DNA of 63,555 bases, the filler included, from Folioceros fuciformis (Eukaryota): the NCBI GenBank assembly GCA_049999805.1. It is 5 parts of 4 records of this genome, joined end to end, with 100 filler letters (N's around TTAATTAATTAA, not from the genome) between each part and the next. Parts side by side here need not be neighbours in the genome. Positions count along the whole stretch, not along the records: positions 52,078 to 61,853 come from JBNGIO010005981.1; positions 61,954 to 63,555 come from JBNGIO010006019.1; 3 more parts are not named here. One strand, 5' to 3'. The notes under the pieces were generated by a model, which saw only the letters and a list, made by a program, of their open reading frames with translations, did no database searches and was not told the origin of the DNA. Below are positions 52,151 to 63,555 of this stretch, piece after piece. The position numbers were made by a program, and so were the translations under genes. Positions within the stretch are counted from its first letter, which is position 1. Each line of letters starts with the position of its first letter.

Positions 52151-53120
52151 TCAATATCGCCTCCTGAGGGGACTTCGTGACCTGTGACCACCACCCTGCC
52201 TCGGAGACCTGCAACCACCTCTCCAGTTCAATCCAATCCCAAAAGGGACATGCAATAGCATTCACCCACACAGAAATAGACAGATACCCGTACCTCCTCC
52301 TAGCACTGCGACGATTCAAAGGTCCCTGACTGAACGCCCAATTAACAAAGATGTTTTGCCCAAGAAGAGCCTGCCCATTTAAACTATCAATTGCGGTCTG
52401 TGCTTCTTTCCTCGATTCATACTCTATGAGGGCATACCCCTGAAATCCCACAAACACACATCACATCAGAAACCCTGAAGGACATCTACCAAACCAACCG
52501 TACAAGACACGGACATCAGCTTTAAAACGATGCACTCACCTTCACAAACCCAGTCCTTCGATCTAGATTCAAATGCAGGTTCTTGATCTCCCCATACTCC
52601 GCGAACAGCTCATGCAGATCATCCTCCTGAGCCTCCTCATGAACTCCAGTCACCAGAATTATCCAGCCTTCCACAGCTGCATCCACAGTTCAAGCAAATC
52701 TTCAGCCCCGAAGCGCATCAGACAGTGCCCTACCAAGAAACCCTAACACAAGTCTCAGTCCTCTGCAACGGGATCAAACAACGTAAAGCCGCGTAGGTCT
52801 CAGAATCCTTGCCAAAGCTCCTAGGTCATACAAAGCAAGACACACATACACTTCATTGGCCCGGGACCCCCCCCGGGCTCCACGGAATCGAACTCCCTCG
52901 AGCCATATCGGAGAGAGGTGTCAATCTGTTCACGGAAACCACGGCCCTTGGTCCTTCGATTGGATCGCTCAGACGCTCCGGTTCCAAAGTCTCCTCCGCC
53001 TCCAGTAATGGTAGACCTCAGCTTAGGCGCCGGGTACGCTTCTTCCATAGGTTCGTCTTCCTCCATCATGTCCTCGTCCTCGGGCTCCAGATCCACCGCA
53101 TCCGTCATAGGGTTCGCCAT
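52151..53120 (-). CDS. Y14: RNA-binding protein Y14/RBM8A (exon junction complex), 4 exons
   Basis: [64 protein letters not shown]-rich tail [10 protein letters not shown]. Confidence 0.95.
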
Positions 53121-54168
53121 GACGTCGCTGCCGCTGGAGGAGGAGGGACCTCTACCGTGTAGAGTTTCGCGCTGGTGTAGTTTGAGTTTTGTCAGATAGG
53201 GTAACGAGTCATCTGGAACACTAGGTCTAAGGTGTGACTCTGTGCACTCCGAGGGTGCACGAAGGCCAGGTGATCACAACCCCTCAACACGACATTGCCT
53301 AGCGTATCGGCGGCGGAGGAACTTCGTTGCCCACCGCCAACAGAGCAATCGAACGATGTTTCACATGGACTAAGACAACTTCTTCAGGAATCCAAGCTTG
53401 AGTAGGGTACTGGTACGGCCAGGTTTCTTTAACGTTTCGGGAGTGGCAAGGAATCCCGGGCGTCTATTACAGGATATGAGTGCAGCCCAGAGTCTGGGAG
53501 GCAGTGGCATGTGAAGGGATTCCTCGACTATTCTAAAACGTGATATCTTGAAGCTCAATGGCAATCCACACAGGACCATGCCTAGACTCTGCTTTGCTAG
53601 ACCCTTCTCTTGGCCGTTGTAAACTGCAGCTCGATGTATGTATGGAATAGCCCATGGAGGAAGACATCCAACCATCTGCCGTCACTCACTTTGTCAACAG
53701 CCGTATTCGTATTCCATCTGTAGGATGTGCACTGCGTGTAGATGAGCACAAGCTTACGAACTGGTATTGAAAGTTGATTGGAGGCTTCTGTAGTGCGTTC
53801 CTGTAGCAGGAAGATCGTTGGTGATTCCTTCTCGGGTCCTGGAGTAGAGGTCCCGACGAGCATCACATATTGGTGATGTACACGCCCACCACAGATGTTG
53901 GCATTTCAAAACACTCGAACGCGATGTCAATAGCCGAATGCATTTTCATGGATTGGACCTCCGCTTGCGCACGTTGACTAGGTAATCCAATTACACCTGA
54001 CCACGCAAAGCGAGCGAGAACAGCTATGTCCCTGCGTATCCAACTCCTTGTGCAGCACCTCCTTGTGCAGTCTGGTGGCTGCTCCCTCTGTGAGAACAGC
54101 TAACTGGGCTGCCAGCTCAGTCATGCTCCTTTGGAAGGCTATGTTCTCCACTTCCCTAGCAGCTACCT

Positions 54169-54405
54169 CCCGGAACGAATGACCGGGCTAAACCCTCAGG
54201 TACAGAGGTCACGATGACTTGTGCGGCCTACGTCATCCCTTTTGAGAGAGATCCGTAGTAGAATAGATAATTGAGAGACAACTAGGCCCCCGGAACGAAT
54301 GACCGGGCTAAACCCTCAGCTACAGAGGTCACTATGCCTTGTGTGGTCTACGTCATACCTTGTGAGCTAGATCCTAGAATAGATAATTGAGAAGCAACTG
54401 GGCCC
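54169..54405. repeat. 120-bp tandem duplication
   Basis: cccggaacgaatgaccgggctaaaccctcag.tacagaggtcac at 54169 and 54289. Confidence 0.9.
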
Positions 54406-54425
54406 GACCAAAGGATGTCCAAATG

Positions 54426-57400
54426 GGCTAGCCGTAAAAATCAGGTGGCCAGGTCTGGGCCCCACTGACACTCTTCTTACACGAGTGTGCTTGCAAAGGT
54501 TGCCACATAACATGTGACCATATACATACACCATATACCTATACGCTTCACCGGCTATCGGTTGTGTTTACCACTAGGTTAAATTAAACCATAGTTACTA
54601 AAATCCTAATTTCAAATCGTGATTTGCTTACACCTCGGTGCACGAAATTGGCACCAAAGTTGCGCTCTTGGATGGACAGCACTGATTCTAGCTGACCTCG
54701 CTTACCACCAAATGATGCACCCTGTACTGCTTACTATCAAAGAGTGATACCTGTCATATATTTTGACTTGCCAACGGATTGTCTATTCTCGTTATAAGTA
54801 CCACGTCTTGGCTCATTTCGAGAATGTCATCTCACGTGGCAAAAGTTGTTGTACAAGCATTCTTCAGCTCCAAGACAAATAAAGGAGGCTAGAATCGCCC
54901 ACATTCCTTGGGAAAGAGTGCAAGATTTTGTGGCGGGAATGGATAGCCAGCATGAAGCACCGACAAATTTTGCTCGTCTTTGGACAAAAGGGCCCAGCCA
55001 ATTACCACAACCAAGTCAGCCCAAAGCAAATTCTCGTATCTCAATAGTCAGGTACATTGGTTTGAGATTGCTTCTTTCAATTCGTTTCCAAATGTCACAT
55101 GATGCCTTCACAACCTCACTTTCATAGTGGTAGAGTTTGCTCCACTACACTCTATTCTTATCAAATCACATACCAAACTATTTGCCTTAGTGAGCCGAAT
55201 CTAACCGTATGCTATGTGTCCAATGTTGAGCACATTTGAGCAGGATGCTGCAAGAAAAGGTTTTTCTCACATCCTAACTTTTGGGTGTTCATTTCTTTTC
55301 TCCAGTCTTCACTGATTGTTGCATGCTATATATCATTTTGTTTTCCTCAGCAACACAAACAGAATGATGTGTTTTGTGTGCGTTTTGGACCACAATTGAG
55401 CAGGATGCTGCAAGAAAAAGTTTTTCTCACATCCTGACTTTGGGTGTCCATTTCTTTCTCCAGTCTTCACTGATTGTTTCATGTTATATATCATTCTGTT
55501 TTCCTTAGCAACACAAACACAATGATGTGTTTTGTGTGCGTTTTAAAGCACATTTGAGCAGGATGCTGCAAGAAACGTTTTTCTTCACGTCCTTACTTTG
55601 GGTGTTCAGTTCTTTCTCCAATCTTTACTAATTGTTGCATGCTGTATACCATTCTGTTTCATTTAGCAAGGCAAACATAATGATGTGTTTTGTGTGCGTT
55701 TTGGAGCACATTTGATCAAGATGCTGCAATGCAAAGGTTTTTTCACATCCTCACTTTGGGTGTTCAGTTCTTTCTCCAGTCTTCACTAATTATTGCATGC
55801 TATATACCATTCTGTTTTCCTTAGAAAGGCAAACAGAATGATGTGTTTTTTGTGCGATTTGGAGTACATTTGTTTAGGATGCTGCAATGCAAAGGTTTTT
55901 TCACATCCTGACTTTGGGTGTTCATTTCTTTCTCCAGTCTTCACTAATTGTTGCACGCCATATACCATTCTGTTTCCCTTACCAAGGAAAACAGAATGAT
56001 GTATTTTTTGTGCGCTTTGGAGTACATTTGGTTAGGATGCTGCAATGCAAAGGTTTTTTCACATCCTGACTTTGGGTGTTCATTGCTTTCTCCAGTCTTC
56101 ACTAATTGTTGCATGCTATATACCATTTTGTTTGGCTCAGCAAGTCAATCAATTTGGTGTATAGTTTGTTTGGTTTTAATATGTTTTGACGAGGATGCTA
56201 ATAAAAAAGCATGCTTTATATTCTAGCTTCTAGTTGCTCTTACATAATCATGGACTCCACAAATTGGTTGCCTTCTCACTTCTCGTGGATTGTCCAGGTA
56301 TTGGTGTGCCTACGGGCCTGAAGATTATCGATTGACCACAGCAACTGGTGCTCAGGATTTGCCTACGCATTCTCCACAAACTAAGAGGCGGTCACGATTG
56401 AAAGCTGGAGAAAGCATCAAACATGGGTGTCAAGCTAGCTTCATTGTGAAAAGGTTGTTCTTGTGGCCATCTGTTGCTCAGATTTTGCTATTTGAGAGTA
56501 GACATATCGATGTCAAGGGTCAAGTGTGTCACGACCCTAGTTATGCAGGCATAGTAAGAGATATAAGAGCGTCACATTTGTCAACCGAGAAGAGAGCTTG
56601 GGTGAGGCATTGTCTATATTGCAATGTATCAGTTGATGAGATTTTGCGTTGTCATCAGCAGGCTGATATAGCTAAGTGTTGTCCGTCTACTTTATCAAAT
56701 CATGAAGTTCCCTATGTGAAGGTAAGAGATGACTTCCTTTCACGGGACGATGTCTATAATATAGCCAAGGAGGTGGACATGATACAATGGAGGTATCATG
56801 ACAATGATAACCTTAGTGTGGGAATGTGGATGAATTTACATGCAGGGTATGTGTTCCATACATCTAGTGAAGGAGAATCTTTTTGCCTCGGCTTACAAAC
56901 TTCTTTCATGTTGGAAACTTGTGTCTGACATGGGCACAATAGTTTGCTTGCAATGGACTCCACTTTTGGGGTAAACAGGTACAAGTATCAATTATTTACT
57001 GTCATGGTATTTGACCAACACTAGAATGGGATTCCTGTTGCCTGGGCTCTCACACAGGAGGCAACTACAAGAGCATTAGTTCCATGGCTTACGGCATTTT
57101 GCACAAGAGTTCTACAAGTAGCTCCAGATTGGTTGCCTAGTACCTTCTTGGTTGATGATTGTGCTGCTAAAATAGGTGCTTTACGAGAAGTTTGGTCGCG
57201 TGATATGCCAGTCTATTTATGTTTGTGGCACGTTTGCCGTGCTTGGCTACGCTGCTCAAGAAGGTGAAGAAAGTGCAGGATACGCAAGCTATGTGGGCTG
57301 AGTTAGGGCAAATTATGTATGTTCAAGGGGGCCAATTGTGGATTACATTCAGCACACTTGGGAAGGCCAGCTAGGTGAGTGTGTTTTGTAAGCTTTCAGC

Positions 57401-59533
57401 AAAAAGTGTACAACATGGTGATTGTGAACAACATCAAATGTGCTCATTTCAAATGATTTGCCTTGTTTCCATATATGTTCATGAAGGCAGCTCGCACCAT
57501 GCTTCATGCTAGACAGGATTGTGCCTCCTCTATTGAAGCTTGGCATAGATTCTTGAAGGAGAGGTTAGCTAACTCAAAAGTTGGCATTCATGCTTGTTAA
57601 GTTGATTGGTTGTTGCATCAATTGTGTTTCGTAGTTGCTCCTCATTTCTGGTACCAAAATCATTGTAAGGAGGGGGGTTACATTGTGAATACTAAGCAAG
57701 AACAGTTGCACAAACATGCAGAAGCTAGTGCAAATGATATTCTTGATGATATGGTGACCCTTTCTATGGTGCCTTACGGTGTGCCTAAGTGTATGTCTAG
57801 AGCAAATCCTTGGAAGCCAGGAGGCTCCTTCGCCCAAGCGCCGGAGTACCCGCCCTGCTACCATGGCAATGAACAGATCCCACTGCGGAGCGCCCCATCC
57901 CCTATCAATCCGAAGCCAAAGGATTTGCCGGTACTAGCTACGGGCTGCTAGGTCGCTCCTAGGACCCGAGAGGAAGCAGACCGAATGGAGTTGGTCCAGT
58001 TGGTAGCTCAATTAGATTACAATGAGAAGCATGGCATAAAGCCGTTTGGGGTGAAGTGACTTCTATTGCCACATGGTGGGACGAAGGGGAGGGGACTTCG
58101 TTCACCCGGTCTACCACCAGCCACGGTAATACCCCACCGGCGTCGAGACGTCGTGCTAATCGGAATCACTAATCCGAAAACCATGCAAAGGGTCATTTGG
58201 ATGGCTAGCCGTAAAAATCAGGTGGGCAGGTCTGGGCCCCACCGATCCACTCGTGCAGCCGTGCCATGCTTCATGTATGACATCCCATGGCTTGTGCATA
58301 AGGATACGGTTAGCAGATCTACGTATGGTTTTGCAGGGCACCGGCAACCGGTGAAATAAAGCGGCACTTGCAAGCAGTGGGTTATCGCCGCGAAAAATGG
58401 GCTGGCAATGCAGATCATGAGCGAACTACTGTCCTTGTTCAACAGCACACACTATTACACTACACACAATATACGTATACGAATACGCGTATATCTTCAA
58501 TAAAACATTGACTTGCACCTGGCTGGAACCAAGTCCCGCTTCTTCTTCTTCCACGAACAGAACCAAGTCTCGCCTCTCATCTTCCACGGGCAGAGACAAG
58601 CAAGTGTGTGTATGCGTTCGTGAGCATACAAGGTTTGCCATGGATTTGCCATTGCACTCCGGAGCCCCATGGGTTTGAAATTGCAAGAGGTTTTTCTCAC
58701 ATGGATTTATAGGTTGTAGGAGCTTGAGCTCCATGGATATGAAGGCTGCAAGTAAAAAGGTCATGGAGGCAACAAAGCACTATAGTGAATGGAAACTAAA
58801 TTCACAAAGCAACAAAAACATGGAAGCCAAGGTACTCGTTCAGAGAGAAAAACCAGGGCGTGCAACCCTGCCGTTGTCCTGGAAAACAAGGCATGTAATT
58901 ATCTATCGTTGGCCTCTATGCATTCTCTTTGCCACCTCCTACATTCCAAGTGATTTTCTTCCTTTTCCCCTTGGGAGGGGAAAAGGAAGGTCTCAACCTA
59001 GTTGCAATGCTTGGTCCTTCAATTGGTGTAAAAGGTTGTAATAACCTGCATTCTGGCTGTCCGCCAGTCTCTTGCATTTGGGCTATGAGCTGCTTCACAG
59101 CCAACAAAGTATTCTGCACAAGGACATCAACCTCAAACACAATACCATCGTGCATGTACACACAATCCCAAATGTCTTTGCACCCTTGTTCCACACTCAC
59201 TAGCTTCTTTTCCTTCAATTCTTGATATCTAGGCTTATGACATTCTATTGGAGGTAGTACACTTGGGGTAGAATACTAATCCAATGAAGTTGGGAAGGTA
59301 GTCTCATCATCTTGTGTACAATGAAGCCAATTTAACCATAATGTTGTGTCCACTTCCTCCCCTTCCTTTTCGTTACTAGCTGCAAACTTGCGACTAAGGG
59401 CTGACGTATGAGTAAACACCCCAAGCATCTGCTGAACTTTCACAACGTGCTTACATAAAAAACCTTGTTGTCCTTGTGGACAGCTGCAAGTTGCCCACAT
59501 GGACATTGGATCGGTGACCACATAAGCGAATTC
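54426..59533 (+). mobile_element. Mutator-like (MULE) DNA transposon, ~4.7 kb when restored; 3' part (58203-59533) inverted
   Basis: 40-bp terminal repeats 54426-54465 and 58203-58242 (39/40). TSD gtccaaatg (54417-54425) vs revcomp of 58194-58202 = atccaaatg. Transposase motifs IPWERVQDF, YWCAYGPEDY, GCQASFIVKRL, LAMDSTFGVNRYKYQLFTVMVFD, VDD, YLCLWHV; SWIM CSC...CKH on minus strand at ~59440-59500. In-frame stops at 56926 and 57022. Confidence 0.9.
55225..56135. repeat. 158-bp tandem array (~5.8 copies) inside the MULE transposase intron
   Basis: Unit anchors at 55231, 55391, 55549, 55707, 55865, 56023, between donor gtacat (55052) and acceptor tccag (56297). Confidence 0.93.
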
Positions 59534-59539
59534 CTTCCA

Positions 59540-60620
59540 TTTCCTCGCCAGAGGAGGGCTGGCAAGGGAGCTGGGGACATAAGGTGGTGCCATTGAACGG
59601 GACTCCGGCTCAGTCGGCCGGCTAGCCTCCGAGCTGTCAGATATGGGGAGGGGTATTTGGGCAGTCAGCAGTGCCTTAGGCTAGGTTGCGGGGATAGCAG
59701 CCTTCTTCTTAGGAATTGTGGCCATAATAGTGACGGGAGGGTGTGCCGAAATAGGAGTAAACCTAGCGATGATTGCTAGTTCCATGTCTATCAAGACCCT
59801 ATGGTGCCCCCAAATATGGAATAGGAAGGGCAATAATCCTGAGGTGGATAGCTTGTCTTGCCTAAGCTTTCTAACATTAGATTGGATTCGATGTGCCACC
59901 ACCTTGCCCGTGTCCACCGAGGATCCTTGGGCCAACCCATAGAGGAGCATCAATACTTTGTCAGCCACATGGTTTGTCTTCATAACTAGTAGCAGCCAAT
60001 TCATGATGAGGCGGACCACTCCTCAAATCCTCAAGTCTTCAATGTCATGGATTAATCACCCAATGGCAGTTTTGAAGGTTCCGTCAATCAAGAGCGCCTT
60101 GGCGGCCTCCTTTACCAAGGCTTTGTTCCGCTGGGAATTCAAATACAAGCCTCCCCGCTCCAATTCCACCTACTGATACACTCCCTCATCATTTGGATAG
60201 TCCAAAGGAGGGGGTTGTCCCGTATCTTAAAGGACTCCTACTTCCCTCGAGCGCAACACTAGAGTATCCAGGCAAATTCTTGAATTGCCGATGTGGATTG
60301 GATGGCCCAAGGGAACTGAAAGATGCCCAACTCCCACTGCTCCATTAGGTTGCCGGCGGCTGCTATCCAAGGGGTGAAGTTTGGGTACACCCGTGTTTGT
60401 ATCTGGTCTTCGCTGATCTGCCAGACACTGCCAGCCTCAAGGAACTACCTAGGTGCCATTCGGAAAGGTGGCGGTGTAGAGGGAGGGACAGCAAAGATGA
60501 TGCAAAGCACTAAACCTTGCACCGTGCGTCATAGATGCATGAGAGGAGTAAGTGCATGCAAAGATGGCGAGAAGGCAGAGGAGGAGGACAACCTCAAAAT
60601 GGCATTGCGTCGGGAAAGGC
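59540..60620 (-). pseudogene. Decayed ORF, probably an accessory ORF of a host retroelement into which the MULE inserted
   Basis: Fragments such as VDTGKVVAHRIQ...LLPFLFHIW plus a Pro-rich tract; multiple stops. Continues into 57817-58193 once the inversion is undone. Identity inferred. Confidence 0.35.
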
Positions 60621-61188
60621 AAAGGGAGGTAGGAGATGCCAAGAGCATAATCACTAGCGTACGCCAACATAAGATCGTACGTTGCAACTGTTGGCACAAC
60701 TGCAATTGTCCGGAGGTGATTACAATCGCTCAACTTTATGATGACAAGTACACCAAACCTGGAGCCAATCGTGACCTGTGTCAGTCAGTCTGCCATGTGG
60801 CTCTTGTAGGTACGCCATGGGGCAACTCCGAAAATTTGTGCTTACTAAAAAGAAACATTAATACCTGAAAAAGTAAACAACAAATAGCCACCGGACCCAA
60901 CTCAGATGGATTATTAGAGTGCTCCTTCGATATATTATTTTTGGTCTTACAAGATGCAAAATCCTTTGATTAGAATGCCTCCCTTGTTCACAACTCAACT
61001 TGTTTGGATAAGATGCTGACCAAAACACATTAAATGGAAGTCGATGAAGAGGCTTCAATCTACCTAACAGAAACTAACCCCTACAAATATTGTAAACAAG
61101 CCAAGGGAAGTATGAAATATTCATTTAATCCTCCAAGTATTGTCAAATTTTGTTCAAAGCTTCACAAGCACTAGCCATGTATGCTTTG

Positions 61189-61312
61189 TTGCCTTTGCCA
61201 ACCTTGGCCATGCACCGTTATGCCAACGTTGCCTTTGCCAACATTGGCCATGCACCGTTATGCCAACATTGCCTTTGCCAACATTGGCCATGCACCTTAC
61301 GTCAACATTGGC
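61189..61312. repeat. 40-bp minisatellite, ~3 copies
   Basis: ttgcctttgccaac[c/a]ttggccatgcacc at 61189, 61229, 61269. Confidence 0.9.
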
Positions 61313-61853
61313 TCTGCACCATAGTGGACATAAGACCAAAGTACAATAATGTACATTGGTCTAGCATTATGATAAGTGTGTAAGCTATCAGCTTTGTGCC
61401 TGCTACCATTCAATTCGCTTTCGCCCCTTGGCCTAAGAGATCACAAGAGGCTAGGGGCTTGTTTGTACGTGATTGTGATTGTGGCCCAAGGGGCATAGGC
61501 CTTATAGCCTCAATGCCCTCCAATTGCAATCACAAGACACCATGAGAGGCCTATTTATACATGGTTTTGATTGTGGATTGAGAGGCTTAGGCATCGCCTT
61601 CCTCATCTTCACATTTGCCTTGGACTTGTTAGGAAATGATCTCACTTGATGGATTGACCCTTCAATCGGAGAACCCAAGGCGTTGCGCCATCTCAACTCG
61701 TCCTACAACAAGTTCTCAAGCCTAAGCCCAGCATTATTTGTAGGGCTGGGCCAGGCTGACTTAGAGGTTTGTCACCTATCCAATAACTTGCCAACACAAT
61801 CTCCAAATCTTAATGCTTTGGACCCGTCCAAGAAGATGGTAAAAGGTTCTATA

Positions 61854-61953
61854 NNNNNNNNNNNNNNNNNNNNNNNNNNNNNNNNNNNNNNNNNNNNTTA
61901 ATTAATTAANNNNNNNNNNNNNNNNNNNNNNNNNNNNNNNNNNNNNNNNNNNN
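61854..61953. other. Artificial contig-joining linker
   Basis: N44-TTAATTAATTAA-N44. Confidence 0.97.
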
Positions 61954-63419
61954 CCATAACCTCCACAGTTTTGGCACGGAAGTGGGCGCATGGCACCTTG
62001 CCCCAATCCTTTGTGAGGACAAGCACTCGCATAATGTCCCGGTTCTCCACAGTTGTAACAGATCACCTCCTGTCGATCCGGATAACCAGGGGAACGCATG
62101 GGTTGTGGCATCACCACTCCTTGACTTGGTCCGGGAAGAAAATTCCGGTTCAACACATTGGGACGGATTGGTACTGCGACTCCTCTTCCTCTCCCATAGG
62201 TCGGTTGAACTTGGTAAACTTCTTCCTCTTCCTCGTCCGCCATGGCATAGTAAACGTCTTCCTCTGGGTATACAAAGTGAACCTGCTTCTGAGGTGGTCT
62301 CTGGCACTCACTCGGATAGTGCCCTTGCTCTCCACATCTTCCGCACCAAACATTAGCTCGGGCTGTCGGAACGATTCGTCGTGGCTTCCGGTTTTCGGCG
62401 AGATTTACCTTGATCGCCTCCAGAGACTCTTGGATACTCTTCATCATCTTCCTGGAATCCGTATTCTCTGTCTTCACCTTCACGACAGTTTTCCCTTTCA
62501 CTCCCTTCATCTTAGAGGAACGTCGGATTGGGGAAAGACTCCGGTCTTCCTCCGAGCTGGATGAACTTGATTCGGAATCTTCCGAACCAGACTCTTCTGA
62601 GCTGTCATCCGAATCCGTGTCCTTCCTTCGATGCTTCGACTTCCGGTCGACTCTCTTTCCATTCGACCTTTCTCTTTCCTTGCTTCTTTTCATCGACTTC
62701 CGGAGTGACTGCGCTGAGTTCTCGTAATTGGCTGCAGCGTCCATGGCTTCCCTCAGCGTCTTCGGTCGTGTTTGGCGGATCAGGAACCCCATGGACTCGG
62801 GTAATCCGGCAACGTACCATTCCACCTGGAGACTAGGAGCGATCTCAGTCGTCAGCTTCTGGATGAGTGCTTTCACCCTCTGCCCATACCTTCGAACGGA
62901 TTCGGATGGCTTCATCGTGAGCGCACTCAGTCGTCCTAAAGCTCTGGACTCTCCTCCTACCTCCCGGAAAGCCTGCAAGAAGCTATTCCGTAATTCTTCC
63001 CAATTATTCCGGGTCGAGTCCGGAATATCTTGGTACCACCTCAACGCCTCTCCTTTCAGAAGCCCTTGGAAGATCCTTTGGTGAGCCGACTCGCTTTCTT
63101 GATTAGCGAGTGCGGTTGATTCAAACTCACACAGCCAGTCGTCTGCATCCTGGCTTCCGTCTCCCTTGAAGCGGTTGTACTTCAACCGGGTCATGGCGCT
63201 CTCCTGTTCTTCGACCGGGTTCCTCTGAACAAGATCCGGTTCTGGAACAGTAGTCCTAGCAGGACGTCCAGTTCCCCGATTACTATCTTCTCCGGTAACA
63301 AGCACCTGAAGAACTTCCGTTCCACGAATGTTTGTTTCACCGGAGTCCGGTCCAGCCGACTCTCTTCGACTGACCCTCAATCGTTCTGACTTCCGGTTAG
63401 ACCGGGTTCCTTCTCGCAT
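61954..63419 (-). mobile_element. Ty3/gypsy (Athila/Tat-like) LTR retrotransposon gag ORF, 3' truncated by contig end
   Basis: Retrotrans-gag core (FKGDGSQDADDWL, LKGEALRWY, WEELRNSFL, ESVRRY). Zinc knuckles CGRCGEQGHYPSEC and CYNCGEPGHYASAC, plus the start of a third (CQNC). No stops over ~490 codons. Confidence 0.9.
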
Positions 63420-63504
63420 GAGTCAGAGCTCCCGTCAATTTGCCGGAACGTCTGACAGTGTTCTATTTACTGGTTTACTTACAGTAAGCCTAGAAGCTTT
63501 GGAA

Positions 63505-63522
63505 TCCCCGGCAGCGGCGCCA
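63505..63522 (-). promoter_or_regulatory. Primer-binding site complementary to the tRNA-Asp 3' end; probable 5' LTR end at ~63529
   Basis: Minus strand reads ...tgaaca aaaatc TGGCGCCGCTGCCGGGGA, one mismatch from the TGGCGCCGTTGCCGGGGA tRNA-Asp PBS typical of Athila-type elements; ~85 nt upstream of the gag ATG. Confidence 0.82.
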
Positions 63523-63555
63523 GATTTTTGTTCATGTCGCAGTACAAGGAACGTA

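Noticed and set aside
53880-53940. Minus-strand peptide IAFECFEMP reminiscent of actin/ARP
   Set aside because: An isolated 9-aa resemblance with no other actin motifs in any frame.
54426-58242. Two 40-bp direct repeats read as LTRs or as two separate elements
   Set aside because: Too short for LTRs, with no TG..CA, PBS or PPT. One inversion explains them better, since it also restores the frame and the TSD.

Overview
This is eukaryotic nuclear DNA from a compact, intron-rich non-seed land plant. A hornwort is my best inference, from ~90-110 nt introns, a CDC14 gene and a PLS-PPR with elongated L motifs. The window is not one locus: four 100-nt N/TTAATTAATTAA/N linkers (14381, 30873, 51978, 61854) join five separate pieces. 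Host genes: GDSL lipase, aldo-keto reductase, UBP25-like deubiquitinase, two tandem alpha/beta-hydrolase-fold paralogs, an intronless ABCC/MRP transporter, a partial carboxypeptidase Q-like M28 peptidase, PET100, TGS1, a putative plastid Zn-ribbon membrane protein, a P-type PPR, a PLS-E+ PPR, an F-box/kelch, CDC14 and Y14/RBM8A. TE-derived tracts include a DUF7869/Sola-like transposase remnant, Copia, probable LINE and gypsy remnants, and an Athila/Tat-like gag with a tRNA-Asp PBS. Two structures stand out. (1) A ~4.7 kb Mutator-like element can be fully rebuilt: undoing a ~1.7 kb inversion bounded by TGGAAG/CTTCCA restores the transposase frame, 40-bp TIRs and a 9-bp TSD. Its transposase resembles a SWIM family usually annotated as host genes in angiosperms, and its intron holds a 158-bp tandem array. 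(2) A ~1.5 kb modular foldback inverted repeat lies between the two hydrolase paralogs. All family assignments come from motif recognition, not database searches.
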